A stretch of DNA of 64,000 nt from an uncultured Clostridia bacterium. Its GTDB lineage: Bacteria; Bacillota; Clostridia; Christensenellales; UBA1242. Shown piece after piece: positions 37,778 to 47,829 of this stretch. The stretch lies in assembly GCA_934747775.1 (NCBI GenBank), contig CAKVHA010000002.1:6361-70360 (forward strand). Direction: 5' to 3'. The translations under genes were made by a program, and so were the position numbers. Under the pieces are notes generated by a model. The model was not told the DNA's origin, searched no databases, and was given only the letters and a program-made list of their open reading frames with translations. How positions within the stretch are numbered: the stretch's first letter is position 1; each line of letters opens with the position of its first letter.

Positions 37778-38589
37778 TTTTCCGCCCTTATAAATCTATT
37801 TATTTTGTTTAGGTCTTTTATTATTATAATGTTTTTAAAGTTGTTTTCCAACAACTTTTTTATTTGTTTTTCCTGATTTAGCCCAATTTCAAGATACAGA
37901 ACACCACCGTCGTTTAAAAAGTCAGCCGCATTGCTGGCTATTATTTTATAAAACTCCAGCCCGTCCACACCGCCGTTCAATGCTAAAATGGGGTCATATT
38001 TTTTTACTTCGGTTTGCAAATTTTTTATTTCGCCACTTTCAATGTATGGCGGATTGCTAACAATTAAATCAAACTTTTCAGATATGTTTTTAAACATATC
38101 GCTTTTTACAAACATAACCGACGAACCATTTAGTTGGGCGTTATTTTTGGCTTGTTTTAGTGCTTTTGAGCTAATATCGGAGCAAACAACATCATTAAAT
38201 CCATTTTTAGATAGCGCAATTCCTATACAGCCCGAGCCACAGCACAAGTCCAGTGTTTTTGCGGCACTACTTTCGTGCGATATTATATAATCCGCTAAAA
38301 ACTCGGTTTCGGGGCGCGGTGTAAGCGTATCCTTATTTTCGTTTATTTTAATATTTAAAAAGTCGCTTTGTTTTAATATTATTTGCAATGGCACACCTTT
38401 TTCGCGTTTTTTTACCGCTCTACTTAGCGTAGCATACTCTTTACGTGTAATGGGTTTATTTAAAATTATGTCATTGCGGCTAAGCCCAATTAACCCTTCA
38501 CACAAAAAAATACACTCATTAGCATAGTTGTCACTATGAGTGGATAATTTTGTATTTAGTTTTGCCAAAACATCTTGAATTTTGTACAT
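37771..38589 (-). CDS. prmC: Release-factor glutamine N5-methyltransferase
   Basis: SAM-binding LDLCCGSGCIG and catalytic NPPY (VSNPPYI). Overlaps prfA by 7 nt. Confidence 0.85.
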   Translation of the reverse strand: MYKIQDVLAKLNTKLSTHSDNYANECIFLCEGLIGLSRNDIILNKPITRKEYATLSRAVKKREKGVPLQIILKQSDFLNIKINENKDTLTPRPETEFLADYIISHESSAAKTLDLCCGSGCIGIALSKNGFNDVVCSDISSKALKQAKNNAQLNGSSVMFVKSDMFKNISEKFDLIVSNPPYIESGEIKNLQTEVKKYDPILALNGGVDGLEFYKIIASNAADFLNDGGVLYLEIGLNQEKQIKKLLENNFKNIIIIKDLNKINRFIRAEKC

Positions 38590-38628
38590 ACGGTTTACAA
38601 TAAAAAATGGACAATATTGCCCATTTAA

Positions 38629-38835
38629 TTAATCTAAATTGTATTTCTTTTTAAACTTCTCAACACGACCAGCAGTATCAACCATTTTCTTTTTGCCACT
38701 ATAAAAAGGGTGACATTTGTCACAAACTTCAATTCTAATTGTGTCGCCAGCGATTGTAGATTTAGTTTTAAATTTAGAACCACAACCACAAATAACTTCT
38801 ACTTCGTGATAGTCAGGATGGATATTTTGTTTCAT
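38629..38835 (-). CDS. rpmE: 50S ribosomal protein L31 (Zn-ribbon type A)
   Basis: [30 protein letters not shown]. Start at ATG 38835 with a GAGGTGA RBS; the track's ORF begins 17 codons too early. Confidence 0.9.
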   Translation of the reverse strand: MKQNIHPDYHEVEVICGCGSKFKTKSTIAGDTIRIEVCDKCHPFYSGKKKMVDTAGRVEKFKKKYNLD

Positions 38836-39004
38836 ACCGTTCACCTCATAAATAATTTTGCTTAAATATTGTATAACAAAATGCACTCATAGTCAACACT
38901 TTTTTAAAATTAAGCACAATTATTTTTATATTAATTATAAATAACGATATTTAAACATCACTTTTTGTACCAAAATTTAGTAAACCGCTTATGAATTTAC
39001 TTCA

Positions 39005-40369
39005 CTACCCCTTAATTTTTTCCGACTTTTTTACAATTTTAACAACCTTATTGTAAATATCGCCAGCACCAAGAACCAACACAACATCGCAATCGTGCGG
39101 TTTTATTAACTCTAAATAAAGTTGCTTTTGATTATCGCAATATGTTTTATTTTTAAACTTTAAAGCATTAAAAAGCTCTTTTGCGCTGCCGCCTACAATA
39201 TAGTGTTCGCGTGCGGGATATGTTTTGAAAATCACTAGTTTTTTTACCGCATTAAAACACTCTAAAAACTGCTTTTTTAAGCCCACTGTTCTACTAAAAG
39301 TGTGCGGCTGAAACACACAAAACACTCTTTTAAATGCAGTCGACACACACGCTAGCGAGTTTGCTATTTCGGTGGGGTGATGGGCGTAATCGCAAATTAC
39401 TGGCGTGCCATTAATTTCGCCCACCTTTTCAAGCCTTCGTTTCACGCCCAAAAACGACCTAACAGCGCCATAAATTGTGCCAACATCTTCGCCAACAACC
39501 AAGCCCACCGCTATTGCGCAAAGCGCATTTTTTGCGTTGTGTAGCCCTATTTGATTAGTTTTAAATTTGCCTATGTATCCGCCATAAAACACATCAAACG
39601 AATATGTGCCGTCGGGGTTTAAAACAAGGTTTTTTGCCGCTATATCGTAGTCACCAAAACCAACTTGCACAACATTTATTTTAGCCGTAATTTTGGCAGC
39701 AAATTGCGGATTTTCAAACACAATTACTGAATTTGTTGCACTATTTGCAAAGTGCAAAAATGCCGCTTCCACTTCTGAATAATCCTTATAAAAATCGGTG
39801 TGGTCTAATTCAATATTTGTAATTACACCAATTGTGGGAGTGAGATATTTTATGCTGTTTCGATACTCGCAACCTTCGCTAACAAAAACCGCTTTGTTTC
39901 CCAATTTAAAATTGCCGTATGTAGGAGTTAGTCCGCCCAAATGGATTGTGGGATTTAACCCCGCCCTACTTAACACATCACCTACAAGTGCGGTTGTAGT
40001 GGTTTTGCCGTGAGTGCCAGTTACAACAATACTTTTTTCGTACAGCGAGCATATCATTCCCAAAAACTCGCTACGTTCAATTAATTTTATGCCCAACTCT
40101 TTGGCTTTTTGATACTCCACATTTTCGCTGTGAATAGCGCCCGAATACACCACAATATTGTATTCGTTTGTTATGTGAGCTGCGTTGTGGCCGTGAAAAA
40201 CTTGTGCACCAAGTGCTGTTAGCTTTGCGGTTTGGTCACTTAAAGCCGTGTCGCTGCCCGCAACTTTTGCCCCAAAACACAGGCAAATTTCGGCAAGAGC
40301 GCTCATACTTATGCCGCCAATTCCTATAAAAAAAATGCTATTTTCTTTAAAATTAGTTATTTTTTCCAT
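39005..40369 (-). CDS. murC: UDP-N-acetylmuramate--L-alanine ligase
   Basis: FIGIGGISMSALAE N-terminal motif and P-loop VTGTHGKTTTTAL. 454 aa. Confidence 0.9.
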   Translation of the reverse strand: MEKITNFKENSIFFIGIGGISMSALAEICLCFGAKVAGSDTALSDQTAKLTALGAQVFHGHNAAHITNEYNIVVYSGAIHSENVEYQKAKELGIKLIERSEFLGMICSLYEKSIVVTGTHGKTTTTALVGDVLSRAGLNPTIHLGGLTPTYGNFKLGNKAVFVSEGCEYRNSIKYLTPTIGVITNIELDHTDFYKDYSEVEAAFLHFANSATNSVIVFENPQFAAKITAKINVVQVGFGDYDIAAKNLVLNPDGTYSFDVFYGGYIGKFKTNQIGLHNAKNALCAIAVGLVVGEDVGTIYGAVRSFLGVKRRLEKVGEINGTPVICDYAHHPTEIANSLACVSTAFKRVFCVFQPHTFSRTVGLKKQFLECFNAVKKLVIFKTYPAREHYIVGGSAKELFNALKFKNKTYCDNQKQLYLELIKPHDCDVVLVLGAGDIYNKVVKIVKKSEKIKG

Positions 40370-40472
40370 AAAAATATATATGAAATAGTGTTAAAAAAGT
40401 TGTAACACTCTATTTTTTTATGATATACTTATGTCAAGTAAAAAAATTTGCTTATATAAAGGAAGGTACAAA

Positions 40473-40745
40473 ATGAAAATTTCAGACGTACGCATTAGAT
40501 TAATGCAAAATGACGACACAAAATTAAAAGCAGTAGCAAGTATTACTATTGATGATTGTTTTGTTGTTCACGACATCAAAGTGTTGGAAGGAAATCAAGG
40601 TTACTTTGTAAGTATGCCTAGCAGAAAAACTCCTGATGGACAATATAAAGATGTTGCTCACCCTATCAACACCGATACTAGAGAACAATTAAATAAAGTT
40701 GTTTTGGAAGCTTTCGAAGCAGAAAAAGCAAAACCTAGAGATTAA
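40473..40745 (+). CDS. spoVG: Septation/sporulation regulator SpoVG
   Basis: MKISDVRIRL..LKAVASITIDDCFVVHDIKVLEG..GYFVSMPSRKTPDGQYKDVAHPIN. Start at ATG 40473 with an AAAGGAAGG RBS. Confidence 0.9.
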   Translation: MKISDVRIRLMQNDDTKLKAVASITIDDCFVVHDIKVLEGNQGYFVSMPSRKTPDGQYKDVAHPINTDTREQLNKVVLEAFEAEKAKPRD

Positions 40746-40764
40746 TTTTAGTTTCTAAAAAAAC

Positions 40765-40787
40765 GCCCTACTTGCTAGGGCTTTTTT
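40765..40787 (+). terminator. Rho-independent terminator after spoVG
   Basis: GCCCTA-cttgc-TAGGGC followed by T6. Confidence 0.75.
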
Positions 40788-40809
40788 AATACCTAAATAG
40801 GATACAATT

Positions 40810-41292
40810 ATGAACAAATTTGAAATAGTACAAGTTGTTAAATTAGATGAAAATTTAATAAAGCACAACATAGAGTATGGCACTTATGGCGTGATTTTGG
40901 ACGACAATAGTGACAGCTATAAAATAATGTTTTTAAACATTAAAAATCAAGGCGAATACTGTGTTTTAAACACAAACAAATCTTGCATAAGCAAAAGCAA
41001 TTGTGTTTTGCCAGATGAAATTTCAGGCGAATTAAAACAATTTTTTTACAACCAAAACAATTTAAAACCTACACCTTTTACAAAAAGCAATTTTAAAGAA
41101 TATGACGAAGTGGAGCTAATTTGCGACAGACCCACTTACTTAAGCCGCGGCGTAAAAAAAGCAATGCGCAGAACAATTATGGCGGACTACAAAACATTCA
41201 ATCAATGGTTTGTAATTTTCACAAACCCTGAAACAGGAAAAGATATAGCCGAACTAACAATTTATGAAAAAGACTTAAAATTAATACAATAA
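40810..41292 (+). CDS. Hypothetical protein (two small beta-rich modules, weakly DUF4926-like)
   Basis: 160 aa. The N-terminal half (FEIVQVVKLD..YGTYGVILDD..YKIMF) and the C-terminal half (YDEVELICD..WFVIFTNPETGK) share one pattern. The family assignment is tentative. Confidence 0.4.
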   Translation: MNKFEIVQVVKLDENLIKHNIEYGTYGVILDDNSDSYKIMFLNIKNQGEYCVLNTNKSCISKSNCVLPDEISGELKQFFYNQNNLKPTPFTKSNFKEYDEVELICDRPTYLSRGVKKAMRRTIMADYKTFNQWFVIFTNPETGKDIAELTIYEKDLKLIQ

Positions 41293-41370
41293 TTTATTGA
41301 TATAACTATTGATTATACAAATCAATTTTATATATAAACACAACCAAATGATTATATTATTGCATACAAC

Positions 41371-41402
41371 AAAAAAAGTCCTAATTTCTTAGGGCTTTTT
41401 TT
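41371..41402. terminator. Bidirectional rho-independent terminator
   Basis: A7, then AGTCCTAA-tttc-TTAGGGCT, then T7. Lies between convergent genes. Confidence 0.7.
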
Positions 41403-41443
41403 ATTGTATTAATTTAATACTTTAATTGTATGTTTGTATTTAA

Positions 41444-44400
41444 TTATGCGTTTGCAGTTTCACTGCCTTCAGTTTGTAGTGCTGAAACATTAATTTTTAG
41501 AGATGGGTTTTGACCATCATTTACTGTCCAAACATTACCATTTAAGAATGACCATTTAGATGCTTTTTTAAATTCGCTAGAATCCAAACCAGTTTCATAA
41601 CGATCGTATTCTAGTTTTCCACCCGCAAACCAATTTGCAACACCATAACCCAATTCAGCAAACCAATCGCCTACTTGACGAAGACCAGCAGCATAACCTG
41701 GATTTTTTAAAGTGGAAGATTTTAAATAATGATAATTTACAATGAAACCACAATTACGTTTTTCCAAAGTTGCTTCTTTATGAATATCATTTGCAGAAAC
41801 TGCATAGCTTGTGCCTTTTGTAGCATTTGCTTCGGAAGCGGCATTAAACATAATACCACCAGTTTTGTCTGCAGCTTTGAAGCTTATAGTATAAACCATA
41901 CCAGCATTATAATCACCATTAAGTTCTGCATCGTTGTAAACATTTGCAACAACACCACTTGATAATGTTACAATAAAGCCTGCGGTTGTTTCGCCATAAA
42001 GTTTTGTACCTTTTACTTCTACAACACTAACATTAGCAACAAGTGACGATGTATCTACACCAATTGTGTCAGTAACCATAGCTACAAAGCATTTAAAAAG
42101 ATCTATGCTTGTTTTTTCTGCTGGGATAACAACTTTATAACCTGTGTTAAGACTTGCAGTAATGCCACCAGCGTTAGCACCGGTAATTTCACAGTTTAAT
42201 ACAGAACCGCCTTTAATAGTGTAAGAGTTATCATAAGCTTTTGCATCGGTCTCTGGAGCTTTTTCAAAATAGATACCACCAGCAACACCGCCTACATACA
42301 TATATCCAGTAGCAGGAGCAACAACTTTGCTTTCGTTTACAACAAAGCCTACAATAGAACCGCTTGTTTCACCAGCAATTCCACCTACGTGAACAGTGCT
42401 AATTGCCTTAGATGCATCTACATTTGTTTTGTTGATATTTACAAACGCAACCACGCCATTGTTGTCGCCAACAAGACCGCCAAATAATGCACTTGAACCA
42501 ACAGACACATTGTCGTCGGCGCTTACTTTAACTTCGTTAACAACAACTGTTTTTTCGCTGCTTGCACCAGCAACACGTCCGTTGTTTTGTCCAACAACAC
42601 CACCAATTGCTGTAGATGAAGTTGCAGATAAAATATTTGTTTTTTCTACCATACCCATAAGGGTTACAGTAACTGTATTGTCTTCGTTGTTGTAAGCTCT
42701 AATGTCGCCATGAACAGCGTTAATACCCACAACACCGCCACCAAATCCGTCTGTTTTGATAGTAGAATTTTTAATAGTAAAGTTTGAAATAGTACCTTCG
42801 TTTACACCAGCAACTGCACCAGCGTTTGTACCAGAAATATTTGCATTTTCTATTGTTATGCCGTTAATAACAGCATTTTCGCCAACCCAACCAAATAAGC
42901 CGGCATTTGCTTTATTTTCTACTGTAAGATTTTTAATAATCATACCTTGAGTAAAGTAAATTTTGCCATTAAATTTTTTGGTACTAGTACCAATAGGTTC
43001 CCAGTTTCCAGCGGTTGAGAAATCTATAATTTTGTTTACATCATTATAAACAATGTATGTTCCATTAAGATCATCGTTAATCTTTTTAAATTCTTCTACA
43101 CTACTAATTTTAGAAGCGTTTGTAATTGTTTGATCTGTTGTAGCAGGACTAACAATTCTATCTACATAACTTAAAATTGGATATCCATCGTTTTGACCCA
43201 CTGCTGTTTGCCAAACATCGGTGTTCCAACCATTAATTATATATTGTTTTTGACCATCAACTAAAGTAGGTGTAAATTTATATGTCATACTTGCATTGTC
43301 CCACTCGTAAGTACCTTTTACAACACTTGATGAAACAAGGGTATCTAAAGCTTTTAGACTATTTTTTGATAAATCATCTTCATTAGATGCAACAGCCATA
43401 TAGTCGTTATCTTCACCTGTTGATTTTGCAATACCTTTTATTGACTTACCTTCGTTTGCAACATAATAGTTTCCTGAAATAGTGTTTTTGTTGCTACCAT
43501 TTTCACCAATAATGTAACCTGTATTTGCATTAGATGATGTAAATTTAAGGATTGTATAAGTTTCTTGAATATGGGCACCAATTTCGTTTCCACTAGCGTT
43601 TTGTTTTGCTAGTGAGTTTGCCTTAGCAACAATACCACCAGCCAAAGTTGCAGAACTACAATCCATTGTACCTTTTGAGTAACTAAATACAACTTTGCCA
43701 CCTTGAGAGTAACCAACAACGCCACCAACTGTACCTTTGATACTCTTTGTTGTTTCGCCATCTACTCCGTTAGTGAATTGTGCATTAACGCTTGCTCTAT
43801 CTACTTTAGCAACTTTTTGACTGCTTTCAGTGTTTGTAGATAACAAGTATCCAACAACACCACCAATGTATGCGTTGTCGTTTTCGCCATTAATAATGTT
43901 TGCACTAATAACTTCTATTCTTTCTACTGTGCCGCTATTGATACCAGCAACAACACCAGCTGTAGCACTAGCATTGCCGCTAACTTTAATAACAGCATTG
44001 TTAAACTTAACATTTTTTACTACTGCGGTATTTTCAATTTTACCAAACAAGCCAATATTTGTAAATGCGCCTGAAACGTAAAGGTTTTCAATTGTGTGGC
44101 CATTTCCGTTTAACGACCCTTTAAAGTTTTCAATAGGAGTCCAAGTTTCACCATTTGCAATATCTATAACAGTACCAAGGTCGATGTCGTTTACAAGTTC
44201 GTAACTAGAAGCTAGTGTGTAAGGGCTATCTTTGGCTCCAATGTTTTTAAGGTCTTGCGCGGTAGTAATTCTAAAAGGAACAGTAATACCGTCGCAAACA
44301 ATAACATCGCAAGTAATATTTCTAAATTTTGCGTTGTTTGTTTTGAAGACAATTTTAGCAGAGCCACCGCTAACAGCTTCAAATTGACCTTTAGCAGCTT

Positions 44401-44647
44401 TGTCTTTTATTTCCAATTTTTGTTTTTCTACTTTAATAACGCTTTCGTTGGTGCTATAACACTCAACTGTAGTAGATGAATTTGCGTCGGCAATATCTAC
44501 ACCAAACTCAAATTTATCACCCGCATTTTTGTATAATGATGCGCTTTTTAGACTAATAACTTCGTTATCTTTAACCAAGAAAAACACACCAAAACCCAAC
44601 GATACAGCAACTATAATTACTAGAATGGTTGTTAAAAATTTTTTCAT
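41444..44647 (-). CDS. Large surface protein with an N-terminal signal/anchor, a Big_2-like Ig domain and many GLUG-motif repeats
   Basis: MKKFLTTILVIIVAVSLGFGVFFLV anchor. Repeated G-rich beta-helix units follow: NIGLFGKIEN, AGVVAGINSGTVERI, IGGVVGYLL, VGGVVGYSQGG, AGLFGWVGENAVINGITIEN, GGGVVGINA, IGGVVGQNNGRV, FGGLVGDNNGVV, VGGIAGETSGSI, VGGVAGGIY. Confidence 0.65.
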   Translation of the reverse strand: MKKFLTTILVIIVAVSLGFGVFFLVKDNEVISLKSASLYKNAGDKFEFGVDIADANSSTTVECYSTNESVIKVEKQKLEIKDKAAKGQFEAVSGGSAKIVFKTNNAKFRNITCDVIVCDGITVPFRITTAQDLKNIGAKDSPYTLASSYELVNDIDLGTVIDIANGETWTPIENFKGSLNGNGHTIENLYVSGAFTNIGLFGKIENTAVVKNVKFNNAVIKVSGNASATAGVVAGINSGTVERIEVISANIINGENDNAYIGGVVGYLLSTNTESSQKVAKVDRASVNAQFTNGVDGETTKSIKGTVGGVVGYSQGGKVVFSYSKGTMDCSSATLAGGIVAKANSLAKQNASGNEIGAHIQETYTILKFTSSNANTGYIIGENGSNKNTISGNYYVANEGKSIKGIAKSTGEDNDYMAVASNEDDLSKNSLKALDTLVSSSVVKGTYEWDNASMTYKFTPTLVDGQKQYIINGWNTDVWQTAVGQNDGYPILSYVDRIVSPATTDQTITNASKISSVEEFKKINDDLNGTYIVYNDVNKIIDFSTAGNWEPIGTSTKKFNGKIYFTQGMIIKNLTVENKANAGLFGWVGENAVINGITIENANISGTNAGAVAGVNEGTISNFTIKNSTIKTDGFGGGVVGINAVHGDIRAYNNEDNTVTVTLMGMVEKTNILSATSSTAIGGVVGQNNGRVAGASSEKTVVVNEVKVSADDNVSVGSSALFGGLVGDNNGVVAFVNINKTNVDASKAISTVHVGGIAGETSGSIVGFVVNESKVVAPATGYMYVGGVAGGIYFEKAPETDAKAYDNSYTIKGGSVLNCEITGANAGGITASLNTGYKVVIPAEKTSIDLFKCFVAMVTDTIGVDTSSLVANVSVVEVKGTKLYGETTAGFIVTLSSGVVANVYNDAELNGDYNAGMVYTISFKAADKTGGIMFNAASEANATKGTSYAVSANDIHKEATLEKRNCGFIVNYHYLKSSTLKNPGYAAGLRQVGDWFAELGYGVANWFAGGKLEYDRYETGLDSSEFKKASKWSFLNGNVWTVNDGQNPSLKINVSALQTEGSETANA

Positions 44648-44756
44648 AACTTAAATTTTCCCCCTCATTTTTAAATAGGTCGAATCTTTTTATTGGTAAT
44701 ATTATATTATAAGTGCAGTCAAATGTCAATACCCAATATCTTAAATTTTATCACAA

Positions 44757-44784
44757 ACTCAAAACAACCCCTAATGGGGTTGTT
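44757..44784 (-). terminator. Rho-independent terminator after the CNNM/CorC gene
   Basis: AACAACCCC-taat-GGGGTTGTT, with a short U-run on the minus strand. Confidence 0.55.
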
Positions 44785-44822
44785 TCATAAATTATACTTT
44801 TTTATCAAATTTTACCTAATTC

Positions 44823-46169
44823 TTATTTTATAATTTTAAGCAAAACTTGTCTTATCCTATTATCTTCAACTTTTGTGATTTTAAATATCATTGTTATAGC
44901 ATTGCTAACTAGGTTTGCATCTTCGTCTATAACTTCGTCGATTGTATCAAATTTTAGTTCTTGCCCTTCGTATGGCATACTTTCGGCAAGTTCAAACAAG
45001 AATCCACCAATTGATGTATATTGCGAATCTGGCAAATGCTCTATTTCCAATTTTTCAAACAAATCTTTAATGTCCATTTCGGCGTCAATTAAATACTGGT
45101 CTTCGCCTACTTTCTGAATTTGTTCTTGCACTTCTTCGTCGTCGTGTTCGTCGTAAATCTCGCCAAACATTTCTTCTATTGCGTCTTCTAGGGTAATAAT
45201 TCCGCTTGTGCCGCCGTGCTCATCGGAAATTACAGCCATATGCTTTTTTTCTTTTTGCATTTTTCGAATTGTGTCGTCAAGTTTCATATATTCATTTAGA
45301 AAAAGTGGTTTAACCATAAGCTCTTTAATGTCAATCTTATCGCCTTTTAATAGCGCAGTGAAAAAGTCTTTTTGGCTTAAAATGCCCACAATATGGTCTA
45401 TATCTTCATCATAAATTGGCATACGCGAATATTGGGTGTCCATAAACACCTTTTTAATTTCGTCCAATTTTTCGCCTTGTTCTACTGCCACCACATCAAC
45501 ACGCGGAGTCATAACATCGTAAGCGGTTTTTTCGTTTAATTCAAACACACCTTGCAACAACTGTGCATTTTGCTGGTCGATAACACCTTCTTCTTGCATA
45601 GTGTCTATAATGCTTTCTAGCTCTGTTTCGGTTACGGTAGGTGTTTTTTCTTGAACAGTGCTTTTTCTTAACAACAATTTTTGTAATTTTTGAAACAAAA
45701 ATGTAATAGGAGTAAGCACTTTCATTAGGAAAAACAACACGTTTGCATATTTTAATGCGGTTTTTTCTGGGTTTTGTTTTGACATACACTTTGGAGTGAT
45801 TTCGCCAAAAATCAAAACTATAAGCGTCATAACAACCGTGTTTATAACATTGGCTAGTGTTGGGCTTTTTATTAGTGTAGACAGCACATACGCACAAATT
45901 GTTGTGCTGGCAATGTTAACCAAGTTGTTGCCCACAAGTATTGTTATTAGTGCTTTTTCATAGTGTTCACATATATAAAGCCCTTTTAGAGCACCTTTTC
46001 TTTTCTCTTCGGCATAAGTTTTCATTCTAAGTACGCTCATTGTTGAAAACGCTGTTTCGGCTCCTGAAAAGAAAGCTGAGCAAAACAGCAAAAATACAAT
46101 TACAACTAGCAGCAATATATCAACTTTTATTATATTTGAAATTGCCCCTAAAAACGGGAGTGGTTCCAC
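44823..46169 (-). CDS. CNNM/CorC-HlyC family membrane protein (DUF21 + CBS pair + CorC_HlyC)
   Basis: N-terminal 4-TM DUF21, a CBS pair (AYDVMTPRVDVVAV.., HMAVISDEHGGTSGIITLEDAIEEMFGEIYDEHD), and a C-terminal transporter-associated domain. Confidence 0.8.
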   Translation of the reverse strand: MEPLPFLGAISNIIKVDILLLVVIVFLLFCSAFFSGAETAFSTMSVLRMKTYAEEKRKGALKGLYICEHYEKALITILVGNNLVNIASTTICAYVLSTLIKSPTLANVINTVVMTLIVLIFGEITPKCMSKQNPEKTALKYANVLFFLMKVLTPITFLFQKLQKLLLRKSTVQEKTPTVTETELESIIDTMQEEGVIDQQNAQLLQGVFELNEKTAYDVMTPRVDVVAVEQGEKLDEIKKVFMDTQYSRMPIYDEDIDHIVGILSQKDFFTALLKGDKIDIKELMVKPLFLNEYMKLDDTIRKMQKEKKHMAVISDEHGGTSGIITLEDAIEEMFGEIYDEHDDEEVQEQIQKVGEDQYLIDAEMDIKDLFEKLEIEHLPDSQYTSIGGFLFELAESMPYEGQELKFDTIDEVIDEDANLVSNAITMIFKITKVEDNRIRQVLLKIIK

Positions 46170-46333
46170 GAATTTTATCTCCTTAAAATTATAATGATAT
46201 GTATATAATACTACATTTTTATGAAGTTGTAAAGGGGTTTTGCTACATCACAGCCTATAAGTGGCGCATATCCCAACCTTATTTTAACAGCAATGGCAAC
46301 CATATATACAATTTAGCGCTGGGCAAAAAGTTA

Positions 46334-46362
46334 TTTACAACTTTTAATTATTGCTGTATAAT
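46334..46362 (+). promoter_or_regulatory. Sigma-A-type promoter for the dnaD/dnaB-like and dnaI operon
   Basis: TTTACA (46334-46339), 17 nt spacer, TATAAT (46357-46362). Confidence 0.5.
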
Positions 46363-46386
46363 ATGGTCAAACATAGGAGAAGATTT

Positions 46387-47829
46387 ATGGCATTTTGTAA
46401 TTTTTCGGGCGAATTTATTAAAAACAGCACAATACAAATTGATAGCGACTTTTTTACGCAGTTTTTGCCATATGTTAGCGACACCAGTTTAAAAGTATAT
46501 ATGTTTGGGCTATATTGCTGCAACAATTCGGGGTCTAAGGATAATAGCTTGCAAAAATTTAGCGCTATTTTAAACCTTAGCGAAGAAGACATAATTAGTT
46601 GTTTTTATGAATGGGAAGAACTTGGACTTGTAACCATTGTTTCTAAAAACCCTTTTGAAGTGCGATATTTGCCAATCACAAACGGCTCGGTTAGACTTAA
46701 AAAATATAACACCAAAAAATACACCGCATTTAATACAAAAATGCTAGAGCTTTTAAGCCGCGACATTACACCACTGGAATTTAACGAATATTACACCACC
46801 ATAGAAAGCCTTCACATAGAGCCCGACGCACTTATTATGATAACCAAATATTGTGTTGACCTAAAAGGCAGCGATGTGGGATATCCCTACATACTAAATG
46901 TTGCAAAAAAATGGATTTACGACGGAATTAGAACTTGCGAAGACGTGGAACAAAGACTACTAGAGCAAGAAAAAAACACAAGCGGACTAAACGACGTGTT
47001 AAAGGTTATGGGGATAAAACGCAACCCAAGTGCCGACGAATATCAAAGCTATTTAACTTGGCTAAACAAAATGGACTTATCCAATGAGATAATAATGTAT
47101 GTTGCAAGCAAGGTTGGCAAAAAAGGTGGTTTTGCAAAACTAGACACCACCCTACAAAAATGCTACAACAAAAAACTTTTTAGCGTAAAAGAAATAAACG
47201 ATTATTTTGATATGGAAGCCGAGTACTACGACACCGCAAAAAGTGTATGCAAAAACCTAGGGTTATATTACGCAAATTTAGAGCCTGTTGTGGAAAACTT
47301 TGTATCGCTTTGGATGAGCAAGGGTTTTGATAAGGACACAATTATAAAACTATCCAACTACTGTTTTAAAATGTGCATTAATTCGCTAGACGGAATGAAC
47401 AACAAAATAAATCAACTTGCAGATAAAAATTTACTTAATATTAATGACATTGACAATTCCATTAGCGAACTTATTAAAAAAGATAACGACATTAAAAAAA
47501 TTTTAGTTAGACTTGGCATTGAAAGAAATGTTATTGCTTCCGACCGCCAGTTATTTAAAATTTGGAAAACCGATTGGTTGATGCCAGATGATGTAATAGA
47601 TTACGCCATAAGCTTATCAGCCGACAAATATATGCCAATGCAGTATTTGCACAAAGTGCTAACAAGTTATCACAACAGCGGCATAACCACTGTGGAAGCG
47701 GCAAGCAAAGTAAAAACTTTTGAGCAAAACACAACAAATACAAAACCAAGCAAAAAAGCAGAAGCACGCGACTACTCTCAAAAAGAACTTAACTCGCTAT
47801 TTGACAACATAACGGAGGTGGAACTATAA
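46387..47829 (+). CDS. Replication initiation and membrane attachment protein (DnaB/DnaD-domain family, Firmicute type)
   Basis: The N-terminus FIKNSTIQIDSDFFTQFLPYVSDTSLKVYMFGLY resembles B. subtilis DnaB. Repeated DnaD-like C-terminal modules follow. It lies directly upstream of dnaI. Start at ATG 46387 with an AGGAGA RBS. Confidence 0.65.
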   Translation: MAFCNFSGEFIKNSTIQIDSDFFTQFLPYVSDTSLKVYMFGLYCCNNSGSKDNSLQKFSAILNLSEEDIISCFYEWEELGLVTIVSKNPFEVRYLPITNGSVRLKKYNTKKYTAFNTKMLELLSRDITPLEFNEYYTTIESLHIEPDALIMITKYCVDLKGSDVGYPYILNVAKKWIYDGIRTCEDVEQRLLEQEKNTSGLNDVLKVMGIKRNPSADEYQSYLTWLNKMDLSNEIIMYVASKVGKKGGFAKLDTTLQKCYNKKLFSVKEINDYFDMEAEYYDTAKSVCKNLGLYYANLEPVVENFVSLWMSKGFDKDTIIKLSNYCFKMCINSLDGMNNKINQLADKNLLNINDIDNSISELIKKDNDIKKILVRLGIERNVIASDRQLFKIWKTDWLMPDDVIDYAISLSADKYMPMQYLHKVLTSYHNSGITTVEAASKVKTFEQNTTNTKPSKKAEARDYSQKELNSLFDNITEVEL

